The notes beneath the pieces were generated by a model. The model was not told where the DNA came from. It saw only the letters and a list, made by a program, of their open reading frames with translations, and ran no database searches. From Eledone cirrhosa (taxonomy: Eukaryota), in the NCBI GenBank assembly GCA_964016885.1, contig OZ024750.1:16864001-16928000 (forward strand): 64,000 bases of DNA. Direction: 5' to 3'. The translations under genes were made by a program, and so were the position numbers. Below, one piece after another: positions 1-18,000 of the stretch. How positions within the stretch are numbered: the first letter of the stretch is position 1; every line of letters begins with the position of its first letter.

Positions 1-3000
1 ACGACCATCACTATTACCTTGACTACCACAACGACCATCACTATTACCTTGACTACCACAACGACCATAAACACGACGACCATCACTATTACCTTGACTA
101 CCACAACGACCATCACTATTACCTTGACTACCACAACGACCATAAGCACGACGACCATCACTATAACCTTGACTACCACAACGACCATAAGCACGACGAC
201 CATCACTATAACCGTGACTACCACAACGACCATCACTCTTACCTTGACTACCACAATGACCATAAGCACGGCGACCATCACTATTACCTTGACTACCACA
301 ACGACCATAAGCACGACGACCATCACTATAACCGTGACTACCACAACGACCATCACTATTACCTTGACTACCACAACGACCATAAACACGACGACCATCA
401 CTATAACCTTGACTACCACAACGACCATCACTATTACCTTGACTACCACAACGACCATCTCTATTACCTTGACTACCACAACGACCATAAACACGACGAC
501 CATCACTATAACCTTGACTACCACAACGACCATCACTATTACCTTGACTACCACAACGACCTTAAACACGACGACCATCACTATAACCATGACTACCACA
601 ACGACCATCAATATTACCTTGACTACCACAACGACCATAAGCACGACGACCATCACTATTACCTTGACTACCACAACGACCATCACTATTACCTTGACTA
701 CCACAACGACCATAAGCACGACGACCATCACTATTACCTTGACTACCACAACGACCATCACTATTACCTTGACTACCACAACGACCATCACTATTACCTT
801 GACTACCACAACGACCATAAGCACGACGACCATCACTATTACCTTGACTACCACAACGACCATCACTATAACCGTGACTACCACAACGACCATAAGCACG
901 ACGACCATCACTATTACCTTGACTACCACAACGACCATAAGCACGACGACCATCACTATTACCTTGACTACCAAAAAGACCATCACTATAACCTTGACTA
1001 CCACAACGACCATAAGCACGACGACCATCACTATTACCTTAACTACCACAACGACCATCACTATTACCTTGACTACCACAACGACCATAAGCACGTCGAC
1101 CATCACTATTACCTTGACTACCACAACGAACATAAGCACGACGATCATCACTATAACCTTGACTACCACAACGACCATAAGCACGACGACCATCACTATA
1201 ACCGTGACTACCACAACGACCATAAGCACGACGACCATCACTATTACCTTGACTACCACAACGACCATAAGCACGACGCTCTTCATTATTACCTTGACTA
1301 CCACAACGACCATAAGCACGACGACCATCACTATAACCGTGACTACCACAACGACCATCACTATTACCTTGACTACCACAACGACCATAAACACGACGAC
1401 CATCACTATAACCTTGACTACCACAACGACCATCACTATTACCTTGACTACCACAACGACCATCTCTATTACCTTGACTACCACAACGACCATAAACACG
1501 ACGACCATCACTATAACCTTGACTACCACAACGACCATCACTATTACCTTGACTACCACAACGACCTTAAACACGACGACCATCACTATAACCATGACTA
1601 CCACAACGACCATCAATATTACCTTGACTACCACAACGACCATAAGCACGACGACCATCACTATTACCTTGACTACCACAACGACCATCACTATTACCTT
1701 GACTATCATAACGACCATAAGCACCAACTACCATCACTATAACCTTGACTACCACAACGACCATAAGCACGACACCATCACTATTTCCTTGACTACCACA
1801 ACGACCATCACTATAACCTTGACTACCACAACGACCATAAGCAAGACGACCATCACTATTACCTTGACTACCACAACGACCATCACTATTACCTTGACTA
1901 CCACAACGACCATAAGCACGACGACCATCACTATTACCTTGACTACCACAACGACCATCACTATTACCTTGACTACCACAACGACCATAAGCACGACGAC
2001 CATCACTATTACCTTGACTACCACAACGACCATCACTATAACCGTGACTACCACAACGACCATAAGCACGACGACCATCACTATTACCTTGACTACCACA
2101 ACGACCATAAGCACGACGACCATCACTATTACCTTGACTACCACAACGACCATCACTATAACCTTGACTACCACAACGACCATAAGCACGACGACCATCA
2201 CTATTACCTTAACTACCACAACGACCATCACTATTACCTTGACTACCACAACGACCATAAGCACGACGACCATCACTATTACCTTGACTACCACAACGAA
2301 CATAAGCACGACGATCATCACTATAACCTTGACTACCACAACGACCATAAGCACGACGACCATCACTATAACCGTGACTACCACAACGACCATAAGCACG
2401 ACGACCATCACTATTACCTTGACTACCACAACGACCATAAGCACGACGCTCTTCACTATTACCTTGACTACCACAACGACCATAAGCACGACGACCATCA
2501 CTATTACCTTGACTACCACAACGACCATAAGCACGACGACCATCACTATTACCTTGACTACCACAACGACCATCACTATTACCTTGACAACCACAACGAC
2601 CATCACTATAACCGTGACTACCACAACGACCATAAGCACGACGACCATCAATATAACCGTGACTACCACAACGACCATAAGCACGACGACCATCACTATT
2701 ACCTTGACTACCACAACGACCATAAGCACGACGACCATCACTATTACCTTGACTACCACAACGACCATCACTATTACCTTGACTACCACAGCGACCATAA
2801 GCACGACGACCATCACTATTACCTTGACTACCACAACGACCCTCACTATTACCTTGACTACCACAACGACCATCACTATTACCTTGACTACCACAACGAC
2901 CATAAGCACGACGACCATCACTATAGCCGTGACTACCACAACGACCATAAGCAAGACGACCATCACTATTACCTTGACTAGCACAACGACCTTAAGCACG

Positions 3001-6000
3001 ACGACCATCACTATTACCTTGACTACCACAACGACAATCACTATTACCTTGACTACCACAACGACCATAAGCACGACGACCATCACTATAACCGTGACTA
3101 CCACAACAACCATAAGCACGACGACCATCACTATTACCTTGACTACCACAACGACCATAAGCACGACGACCATCACTATTACCTTGACTACCACAACGAC
3201 CATAAGCACGACGACCATCACTATTACCTTGACTACCACAACTACCATCACTATTACCTTGACTACCACAACGACCATAAGCACGACGACCATCACTATA
3301 ACCTTGACTACCACAACGACCATAAGCACGACGACCATCACTATAACCTTGACTACCACAACGACCATAAGCACGACGACCATCACTATTACCTTGACTA
3401 CCACAACGACCATCACAATTACCTTGACTACCACAACGACCATAAGCACGACGACCATCACTATAACCTTGACTACCACAACGACCATAAGCACGACGAC
3501 CATCACTATAACCTTGACTACCACAACGACCATAAACACGACGACCATCACTATTACCTTGACTACCACAACGACCATCACTATTACCTTGACTACCACA
3601 ACGACCATAAGCACGACGACCATCACTATAACCTTGACTACCACAACGACCATAAGCACGACGACCATCACTATAACCGTGACTACCACAACGACCATCA
3701 CTATTACCTTGACTACCACAACGACCATAAGCACGACGACCATCACTATTACCTTGACTACCACAACGACCATCACTATTACCTTGACTACCATAACGAC
3801 CATAAGCACCAACGGCCATCACTATAACCTTGACTACCACAACGACCATAAGCACGACACCATCACTATTACCTTGACTACCACAACGACCATCACTATA
3901 ACCTTGACTACCACAACGACCATAAGCACGACGATCATCACTATAACCGTGACTACCACAACGACCATAAGCACGACGACCATCACTATTACCTTGACTA
4001 CCACAATGACCATAAGCACAACGACCATCACTATTACCTTGACTACCACAACGACCATCACTATAACCTTGACTACCACAACGACCATAAGCACGACGAC
4101 CATCACTATTACCTTGACTACCACAACGACCATCACTATTACCTTGACTACCACAACGACCATAAGCACGACGATCATCACTATAACCTTGACTACCACA
4201 ACGACCATAAGCACGACGACCATTACTATAACCGTGACTACCACAACGACCATAAGCACGACGACCATCACTATTACCTTGACTACCACAACGACCATAA
4301 GCACGACGACCATCACTATTACCTTGACAACCACAACGACCATAAGCACGACGACCATCACTATAACCGTGACTACCACAACGACCATCACTATTACCTT
4401 GACTACCACAACGACCATAAGCACGACGACCATCACTATTACCTTGACTACCACAACGACCATAAGCACGACGACCATCACTATTACCTTGACTACCACA
4501 ACGACCATCACTATTACCTTGACTACCACAACGACCATAAGTACGACGACCATCACTATCACCTTGACTACCACAACGACCATAAGCACGACGACCATCA
4601 CTATAACCTTGACTACCACAACGACCATAAGCACGACGACCATCACTATTACCTTGACTACCACAACGACCATCACTATTACCTTGACTACCACAACGAC
4701 CATAAGCACGACGACCATCACTATAACCTTGACTACCACAACGACCATAAGCACGACGACCATCACTATAACCTTGACTACCACAACGACCATAAACACG
4801 ACGACCATCACTATTACCTTGACTACCACAACGACCATCACTATTACCTTGACTACCACAACGACCATAAGCACGACGACCATCACTATAACCTTGACTA
4901 CCACAACGACCATAAGCACGACGACCATCACTATAACCGTGACTACCACAACGACCATCACTATTACCTTGACTACCACAATGACCATAAGCACGGCGAC
5001 TATCACTATTACCTTGACTACCACAACGACCATAAGCACGACGACCATCACTATAACCGTGACTAGCACAACGACCATCACTATTACCTTGACTACCACA
5101 ACGACCATCACTATTACCTTGACTACCACAACGACCATAAGCACGACGACCATCACTATAACCGTGACTACCACAACGACCATCACTATTACCTTGACTA
5201 CCACAATGACCATAAGCACGGCGACCATCACTATTACCTTGACTACCACAACGACCATAAGCACGACGACCATCACTATAACCGTGACTACCACAACGAC
5301 CATCACTATTACCTTGACTACCACAACGACCATAAGCACGACGACCATCACTATTACCTTGACTACCACAACGACCATCACTATTACCTTGACTACCACA
5401 ACGACCATAAACACGACGACCATCACTATAAACTTGACTACCACAACGACCATCACTATTACCTTGACTACCACAACGACCATCTCTATTACCTTGACTA
5501 CCACAACGACCATAAACACGACGACCATCACTATAACCTTGACTACCACAACGACCATCACTATTACCTTGACTACCACAACGACCTTAAACACGACGAC
5601 CATCACTATAACCATGACTACCACAACGACCATCACTATTACCTTGACTACCACAACGACCATAAGCACGACGACCATCACTATTACCTTGACTACCACA
5701 ACGACCATCACTATTACCTTGACTATCATAACGACCATAAGCACCAACTACCATCACTATAACCTTGACTACCACAACGACTATAAGCACGACACCATCA
5801 CTATTTCCTTGACTACCACAACGACCATCACTATAACCTTGACTACCACAACGACCATAAGCAAGACGACCATCACTATTACCTTGACTACCACAACGAC
5901 CATCACTATTACCTTGACTACCACAACGACCATAAGCACGACGACCATCACTATTACCTTGACTACCACAACGACCATCACTATTACCTTGACTACCACA

Positions 6001-9000
6001 ACGACCATAAGCACGACGACCATCACTATTACCTTGACTACCACAACGACCATCACTATTACCTTGACTACCACAACGACCATAAGCACGACGACCATCA
6101 CTATTACCTTGACTACCACAACGACCATCACTATAACCGTGACTACCACAACGACCATAAGCACGACGACCATCACTATTACCTTGACTACCACAACGAC
6201 CATAAGCACGACGACCATCACTATTACCTTGACTACCACAACGACCATCACTATAACCTTGACTACCACAACGACCATAAGCACGACGACCATCACTATT
6301 ACCTTAACTACCACAACGACCATCACTATTACCTTGACTACCACAACGACCATAAGCACGACGACCATCACTATTACCTTGACTACCACAACGACCATCA
6401 CTATTACCTTGACTACCACAGCGACCATAAGCACGACGACCATCACTATTACCTTGACTACCACAACGACCATAAGCACGACGATCATCACTATAACCGT
6501 GACTACCACAACGACCATAAGCACGACAACCATCACTATTACCTTGACTACCACAACGACCATAAGCACAACGACCATCACTATTACCTTGACTACCACA
6601 ACGACCATCACTATAACCTTGACTACCACAACGACCATAAGCACGACGACCATCACTATTACCTTGACTACCACAACGACCATCACTATTACCTTGACTA
6701 CCACAACGACCATAAGCACGACGATCATCACTATAACCTTGACTACCACAACGACCATAAGCACGACGACCATCACTATAACCGTGACTACCACAACGAC
6801 CATAAGCACGACGACCATCACTATTACCTTGACTACCACAACGACCATAAGCACGACGACCATCACTATTACCTTGACTACCACAACGACCATAAGCACG
6901 ACGACCATCACTATAACCGTGACTACCACAACGACCATCACTATTACCTTGACTACCACAACGACCATAAGCACGACGACCATCACTATTACCTTGACTA
7001 CCACAACGACCATAAGCACGACGACCATCACTATTACCTTTGACTACCACAACGACCATCACTATTACCTTGACTACCACAACGTCCATAAGCACGACGA
7101 CCATCACTATCACCTTGACTACCACAACGACCATAAGCACGACGACCATCACTATAACCGTGTCTACCACAACAACCATAAACACGACGACCATCACTAT
7201 TACCTTGACTACCACAACGACCATAAGCACGACGACCATCACTATTACCTTGACTACCACAACGACCATCACTATTACCTTGACTACCACAACGTCCATA
7301 AGCACGACGACCATCACTATCACCTTGACTACCACAACGACCATAAGCACGACGACCATCACTAATACCTTGACTACCACAACGACCATCACTATTACCT
7401 TGACTACCACAACGTCCATAAGCACGACGACCATCACTATCACCGTGACTACCACAACGACCATAAGCACGACGACCATCACTATAACCTTGACTACCAC
7501 AACGACCATAAGCACGACGACCATCACTATTACCTTGACTACCACAACGACCATCACTATTACCTTGACTACCACAACGACCATAAGCACGACGACCATC
7601 ACTATAACCTTGACTACCACAACGACCATAAGCACGACGACCATCACTATAACCTTGACTACCACAACGACCATAAACACGACGACCATCACTATTACCT
7701 TGACTACCACAACGACCATCACTATTACCTTGACTACCACAACGACCATCACTATTACCTTGACTACCACAACGACCATAAGCACGACGACCATCACTAT
7801 AACCTTGACTACCACAACGACCATAAGCACGACGACCATCACTATAACCGTGACTGCCACAACGACCATCACTATTACCTTGACTACCACAATGACCATA
7901 AGCACGGCGACCATCACTATTACCTTGACTACCACAACACCCATCACTATTACCTTGACTACCACAACGACCATAAGCACGACGACCATCACTATAACCG
8001 TGACTACCACAACGACCATCACTATTACCTTGACTACCACAATGACCATAAGCACGGCGACCATCACTATTACCTTGACTACCACAACGACCATAAGCAC
8101 GACGACCATCACTATAACCGTGACTACCACAACGACCATCACTATTACTTTGACTACCACAACGACCATCACTATTACCTTGACTACCACAACGACCATA
8201 AGCACGACGACCATCACTATAACCGTGACTACCACAACGACCATCACTATTACCTTGACTACCACAATGACCATAAGCACGGCGACCATCAATATTACCT
8301 TGACTACCACAACGACCATAAGCACGACGACCATCAGTATAACCGTGACTACCACAACGACCATCACTATTACCTTGACTACCACAACGACCATAAGCAC
8401 GACGACCATCACTATTACCTTGACTACCACAACGACCATCACTATTACCTTGACTACCACAACGACCATAAACACGACGACCATCACTATAACCTTGACT
8501 ACCACAACGACCATCACTATTACCTTGACTACCACAACGACCATCTCTATTACCTTGACTACCACAACGACCATAAACACGACGACCATCACTATAACCT
8601 TGACTACCACAACGACCATCACTATTACCTTGACTACCACAACGACCATAAACACGACGACCATCACTATAACCATGACTACCACAACGACCATCACTAT
8701 TACCTTGACTACCACAACGACCATAAGCACGACGACCATCACTATTACCTTGACTACCACAACGACCATCACTATTACCTTGACTACCATAACGACCATA
8801 AGCACCAACTACCATCACTATAACCTTGACTACCACAACGACCATAAGCACGACACCATCACTATTACCTTGACTACCACAACGACCAACACTATAACCT
8901 TGACTACCACAACGACCATAAGCACGACGACCATCACTATTAGCTTGACTACCACAACGACCATCACTATTACCTTGACTACCACAACGACCATAAGCAC

Positions 9001-12000
9001 GACGACCATCACTATTACCTTGACTACCACAACGACCATCACTATTACCTTGACTACCACAACGACCATAAGCACGACGACCATCACTATTACCTTAACT
9101 ACCACAACGACCATCACTATTACCTTGACTACCACAACGACCATAAGCACGACGACCATCACTATTACCTTGACTACCACAACAACCATAAGCACGACGA
9201 TCATCACTATAACCTTGACTACCACAACGACCATAAGCACAACGACCATCACTATAACCGTGACTACCACAACGACCATAAGCACGACGACCATCACTAT
9301 TACCTTGACTACCACAACGACCATAAGCACGACGACCATCACTATTACCTTGACTACCACAACGACCATCACTATTACCTTGACTACCACAACGACCATA
9401 AGCACGACGACCATCACTATTACCTTGACTACCACAACGACCATCACTATTACCTTGACTACCACAACGACCATCACTATAACCGTGACTACCACAACGA
9501 CCATAAGCACGACGACCATCAATATAACCGTGACTACCACAACGACCATAAGCACGACGACCATCACTATTACCTTGACTACCACAACGACCATAAGCAC
9601 GACGACCATCACTATTACCTTGACTACCACAACGACCATAAGCACGACGACCATCACTATTACCTTGACTACCACAACGACCATAAGCACGACGACCATC
9701 ACTATTACCTTTGACTACCACAACGACCATCACTATTACCTTGACTACCACAACGTCCATAAGCACGACGACCATCACTATCACCTTGACTACCACAACG
9801 ACCATAAGCACGACGACCATCACTATAACCGTGTCTACCACAACAACCATAAACACGACGACCATCACTATTACCTTGACTACCACAACGACCATAAGCA
9901 CGATGACCATCACTATTACCTTGACTACCACAACGACCATCACTATTACCTTGACTACCACAACGTCCATAAGCACGACGACCATCACTATCACCTTGAC
10001 TACCACAACGACCATAAGCACGACGACCATCACTATTACCTTGACTACCACAACGACCATCACTATTACCTTGACTACCACAACGTCCATAAGCACGACG
10101 ACCATCACTATCACCGTGACTACCACAACGACCATAAGCACGACGACCATCACTATAACCTTGACTACCACAACGACCATAAGCACGACGACCATCACTA
10201 TTACCTTGACTACCACAACGACCATCACTATTACCTTGACTACCACAACGACCATAAGCACGACGACCATCACTATAACCTTGACTACCACAACGACCAT
10301 AAGCACGACGACCATCACTATAACCTTGACTACCACAACGACCATAAACACGACGACCATCACTATTACCTTGACTACCACAACGACCATCACTATTACC
10401 TTGACTACCACAACGACCATCACTATTACCTTGACTACCACAACGACCATAAGCACGACGACCATCACTATAACCTTGACTACCACAACGACCATAAGCA
10501 CGACGACCATCACTATAACCGTGACTGCCACAACGACCATCACTATTACCTTGACTACCACAATGACCATAAGCACGGCGACCATCACTATTACCTTGAC
10601 TACCACAACACCCATCACTATTACCTTGACTACCACAACGACCATAAGCACGACGACCATCACTATAACCGTGACTACCACAACGACCATCACTATTACC
10701 TTGACTACCACAATGACCATAAGCACGGCGACCATCACTATTACCTTGACTACCACAACGACCATAAGCACGACGACCATCACTATAACCGTGACTACCA
10801 CAACGACCATCACTATTACTTTGACTACCACAACGACCATCACTATTACCTTGACTACCACAACGACCATAAGCACGACGACCATCACTATAACCGTGAC
10901 TACCACAACGACCATCACTATTACCTTGACTACCACAATGACCATAAGCACGGCGACCATCAATATTACCTTGACTACCACAACGACCATAAGCACGACG
11001 ACCATCACTATAACCGTGACTACCACAACGACCATCACTATTACCTTGACTACCACAACGACCATAAGCACGACGACCATCACTATTACCTTGACTACCA
11101 CAACGACCATCACTATTACCTTGACTACCACAACGACCATAAACACGACGACTATCACTATAACCTTGACTACCACAACGACCATCACTATTACCTTGAC
11201 TACCACAACGACCATCTCTATTACCTTGACTACCACAACGACCATAAACACGACGACCATCACTATAACCTTGACTACCACAACGACCATCACTATTACC
11301 TTGACTACCACAACGACCATAAACACGACGACCATCACTATAACCATGACTACCACAACGACCATCACTATTACCTTGACTACCACAACGACCATAAGCA
11401 CGACGACCATCACTATTACCTTGACTACCACAACGACCATCACTATTACCTTGACTACCATAACGACCATAAGCACCAACTACCATCACTATAACCTTGA
11501 CTACCACAACGACCATAAGCACGACACCATCACTATTACCTTGACTACCACAACGACCAACACTATAACCTTGACTACCACAACGACCATAAGCACGACG
11601 ACCATCACTATTAGCTTGACTACCACAACGACCATCACTATTACCTTGACTACCACAACGACCATAAGCACGACGACCATCACTATTACCTTGACTACCA
11701 CAACGACCATCACTATTACCTTGACTACCACAACGACCATAAGCACGACGACCATCACTATTACCTTGACTACCACAACGACCATCACTATAACCGTGAC
11801 TACCACAACGACCATAAGCACGACGACCATCACTATTACCTTGACTACCACAACGACCATAAGCACGACGACCATCACTATTACCTTGACTACCACAACG
11901 ACCATAAGCACGACGACCATCACTATTACCTTGACTACCACAACTACCATCACTATTACCTTGACTACCACAACGACCATAAGCACGACGACCATCACTA

Positions 12001-15000
12001 TAACCTTGACTACCACAACGACCATAAGCACGACGACCATCACTATAACCTTGACTACCACAACGACCATAAGCACGACGACCATCACTATTACCTTGAC
12101 TACCACAACGACCATCACAATTACCTTGACTACCACAACGACCATAAGCACGACGACCATCACTATAACCTTGACTACCACAACGACCATAAGCACGACG
12201 ACCATCACTATAACCTTGACTACCACAACGACCATAAACACGACGACCATCACTATTACCTTGACTACCACAACGACCATCACTATTACCTTGACTACCA
12301 CAACGACCATAAGCACGACGACCATCACTATAACCTTGACTACCACAACGACCATAAGCACGACGACCATCACTATAACCGTGACTACCACAACGACCAT
12401 CACTATTACCTTGACTACCACAACGACCATAAGCACGACGACCATCACTATTACCTTGACTACCACAACGACCATCACTATTACCTTGACTACCATAACG
12501 ACCATAAGCACCAACGGCCATCACTATAACCTTGACTACCACAACGACCATAAGCACGACACCATCACTATTACCTTGCCTACCACAACGACCATCACTA
12601 TAACCTTGACTACCACAACGACCATAAGCACGACGATCATCACTATAACCGTGACTACCACAACGACCATAAGCACGACGACCATCACTATTACCTTGAC
12701 TACCACAATGACCATAAGCACAACGACCATCACTATTACCTTGACTACCACAACGACCATCACTATAACCTTGACTACCACAACGACCATAAGCACGACG
12801 ACCATCACTATTACCTTGACTACCACAACGACCATCACTATTACCTTGACTACCACAACGACCATAAGCACGACGATCATCACTATAACCTTGACTACCA
12901 CAACGACCAAAAGCACGACGACCATTACTATAACCGTGACTACCACAACGACCATAAGCACGACGACCATCACTATTACCTTGACTACCACAACGACCAT
13001 AAGCACGACGACCATCACTATTACCTTGACAACCACAACGACCATAAGCACGACGACCATCACTATAACCGTGACTACCACAACGACCATCACTATTACC
13101 TTGACTACCACAACGACCATAAGCACGACGACCATCACTATTACCTTGACTACCACAACGACCATAAGCACGACGACCATCACTATTACCTTGACTACCA
13201 CAACGACCATCACTATTACCTTGACTACCACAACGACCATAAGTACGACGACCATCACTATCACCTTGACTACCACAACGACCATAAGCACGACGACCAT
13301 CACTATAACCTTGACTACCACAACGACCATAAGCACGACGACCATCACTATTACCTTGACTACCACAACGACCATCACTATTACCTTGACTACCACAACG
13401 ACCATAAGCACGACGACCATCACTATAACCTTGACTACCACAACGACCATAAGCACGACGACCATCACTATAACCTTGACTACCACAACGACCATAAACA
13501 CGACGACCATCACTATTACCTTGACTACCACAACGACCATCACTATTACCTTGACTACCACAACGACCATAAGCACGACGACCATCACTATAACCTTGAC
13601 TACCACAACGACCATAAGCACGACGACCATCACTATAACCGTGACTACCACAACGACCATCACTATTACCTTGACTACCACAATGACCATAAGCACGGCG
13701 ACTATCACTATTACCTTGACTACCACAACGACCATAAGCACGACGACCATCACTATAACCGTGACTAGCACAACGACCATCACTATTACCTTGACTACCA
13801 CAACGACCATCACTATTACCTTGACTACCACAACGACCATAAGCACGACGACCATCACTATAACCGTGACTACCACAACGACCATCACTATTACCTTGAC
13901 TACCACAATGACCATAAGCACGGCGACCATCACTATTACCTTGACTACCACAACGACCATAAGCACGACGACCATCACTATAACCGTGACTACCACAACG
14001 ACCATCACTATTACCTTGACTACCACAACGACCATAAGCACGACGACCATCACTATTACCTTGACTACCACAACGACCATCACTATTACCTTGACTACCA
14101 CAACGACCATAAACACGACGACCATCACTATAAACTTGACTACCACAACGACCATCACTATTACCTTGACTACCACAACGACCATCTCTATTACCTTGAC
14201 TACCACAACGACCATAAACACGACGACCATCACTATAACCTTGACTACCACAACGACCATCACTATTACCTTGACTACCACAACGACCTTAAACACGACG
14301 ACCATCACTATAACCATGACTACCACAACGACCATCACTATTACCTTGACTACCACAACGACCATAAGCACGACGACCATCACTATTACCTTGACTACCA
14401 CAACGACCATCACTATTACCTTGACTATCATAACGACCATAAGCACCAACTACCATCACTATAACCTTGACTACCACAACGACCATAAGCACGACACCAT
14501 CACTATTTCCTTGACTACCACAACGACCATCACTATAACCTTGACTACCACAACGACCATCACTATAACCTTGACTACCACAACGACCATAAGCAAGACG
14601 ACCATCACTATTACCTTGACTACCACAACGACCATCACTATTACCTTGACTACCACAACGACCATAAGCACGACGACCATCACTATTACCTTGACTACCA
14701 CAACGACCATCACTATTACCTTGACTACCACAACGACCATAAGCACGACGACCATCACTATTACCTTGACTACCACAACGACCATCACTATTACCTTGAC
14801 TACCACAACGACCATAAGCACGACGACCATCACTATTACCTTGACTACCACAACGACCATCACTATAACCGTGACTACCACAACGACCATAAGCACGACG
14901 ACCATCACTATTACCTTGACTACCACAACGACCATAAGCACGACGACCATCACTATTACCTTGACTACCACAACGACCATCACTATAACCTTGACTACCA

Positions 15001-18000
15001 CAACGACCATAAGCACGACGACCATCACTATTACCTTAACTACCACAACGACCATCACTATTACCTTGACTACCACAACGACCATAAGCACGACGACCAT
15101 CACTATTACCTTGACTACCACAACGACCATCACTATTACCTTGACTACCACAGCGACCATAAGCACGACGACCATCACTATTACCTTGACTACCACAACG
15201 ACCATAAGCACGACGATCATCACTATAACCGTGACTACCACAACGACCATAAGCACGACAACCATCACTATTACCTTGACTACCACAACGACCATAAGCA
15301 CAACGACCATCACTATTACCTTGACTACCACAACGACCATCACTATAACCTTGACTACCACAACGACCATAAGCACGACGACCATCACTATTACCTTGAC
15401 TACCACAACGACCATCACTATTACCTTGACTACCACAACGACCATAAGCACGACGATCATCACTATAACCTTGACTACCACAACGACCATAAGCACGACG
15501 ACCATCACTATAACCGTGACTACCACAACGACCATAAGCACGACGACCATCACTATTACCTTGACTACCACAACGACCATAAGCACGACGACCATCACTA
15601 TTACCTTGACTACCACAACGACCATAAGCACGACGACCATCACTATAACCGTGACTACCACAACGACCATCACTATTACCTTGACTACCACAACGACCAT
15701 AAGCACGACGACCATCACTATTACCTTGACTACCACAACGACCATAAGCACGACGACCATCACTATTACCTTTGACTACCACAACGACCATCACTATTAC
15801 CTTGACTACCACAACGTCCATAAGCACGACGACCATCACTATCACCTTGACTACCACAACGACCATAAGCACGACGACCATCACTATAACCGTGTCTACC
15901 ACAACAACCATAAACACGACGACCATCACTATTACCTTGACTACCACAACGACCATAAGCACGACGACCATCACTATTACCTTGACTACCACAACGACCA
16001 TCACTATTACCTTGACTACCACAACGTCCATAAGCACGATGACCATCACTATCACCTTGACTACCACAACGACCATAAGCACGACGACCATCACTATTAC
16101 CTTGACTACCACAACGACCATCACTATTACCTTGACTACCACAACGTCCATAAGCACGACGACCATCACTATCACCGTGACTACCACAACGACCATAAGC
16201 ACGACGACCATCACTATAACCTTGACTACCACAACGACCATAAGCACGACGACCATCACTATTACCTTGACTACCACAACGACCATCACTATTACCTTGA
16301 CTACCACAACGACCATAAGCACGACGACCATCACTATAACCTTGACTACCACAACGACCATAAGCACGACGACCATCACTATAACCTTGACTACCACAAC
16401 GACCATAAACACGACGACCATCACTATTACCTTGACTACCACAACGACCATCACTATTACCTTGACTACCACAACGACCATCACTATTACCTTGACTACC
16501 ACAACGACCATAAGCACGACGACCATCACTATAACCTTGACTACCACAACGACCATAAGCACGACGACCATCACTATAACCGTGACTGCCACAACGACCA
16601 TCACTATTACCTTGACTACCACAATGACCATAAGCACGGCGACCATCACTATTACCTTGACTACCACAACACCCATCACTATTACCTTGACTACCACAAC
16701 GACCATAAGCACGACGACCATCACTATAACCGTGACTACCACAACGACCATCACTATTACCTTGACTACCACAATGACCATAAGCACGGCGACCATCACT
16801 ATTACCTTGACTACCACAACGACCATAAGCACGACGACCATCACTATAACCGTGACTACCACAACGACCATCACTATTACTTTGACTACCACAACGACCA
16901 TCACTATTACCTTGACTACCACAACGACCATAAGCACGACGACCATCACTATAACCGTGACTACCACAACGACCATCACTATTACCTTGACTACCACAAT
17001 GACCATAAGCACGGCGACCATCAATATTACCTTGACTACCACAACGACCATAAGCACGACGACCATCATTATAACCGTGACTACCACAACGACCATCACT
17101 ATTACCTTGACTACCACAACGACCATAAGCACGACGACCATCACTATTACCTTGACTACCACAACGACCATCACTATTACCTTGACTACCACAACGACCA
17201 TAAACACGACGACCATCACTATAACCTTGACTACCACAACGACCATCACTATTACCTTGACTACCACAACGACCATCTCTATTACCTTGACTACCACAAC
17301 GACCATAAACACGACGACCATCACTATAACCTTGACTACCACAACGACCATCACTATTACCTTGACTACCACAACGACCATAAACACGACGACCATCACT
17401 ATAACCATGACTACCACAACGACCATCACTATTACCTTGACTACCACAACGACCATAAGCACGACGACCATCACTATTACCTTGACTACCACAACGACCA
17501 TCACTATTACCTTGACTACCATAACGACCATAAGCACCAACTACCATCACTATAACCTTGACTACCACAACGACCATAAGCACGACACCATCACTATTAC
17601 CTTGACTACCACAACGACCAACACTATAACCTTGACTACCACAACGACCATAAGCACGACGACCATCACTATTAGCTTGACTACCACAACGACCATCACT
17701 ATTACCTTGACTACCACAACGACCATAAGCACGACGACCATCACTATTACCTTGACTACCACAACGACCATCACTATTACCTTGACTACCACAACGACCA
17801 TAAGCACGACGACCATCACTATTACCTTGACTACCACAACGACCATCACTATAACCGTGACTACCACAACGACCATAAGCACGACGACCATCACTATTAC
17901 CTTGACTACCACAACGACCATAAGCACGACGACCATCACTATTACCTTGACTACCACAACGACCATCACTATAACCTTGACTACCACAACGACCATAAGC

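Noticed and set aside
7040-15772. +T frameshifts as random sequencing errors
   Set aside because: All three occur at the same position in duplicated blocks with the same linked variants (AACGTCC, GTGTCT), so they reflect one real event that was copied.
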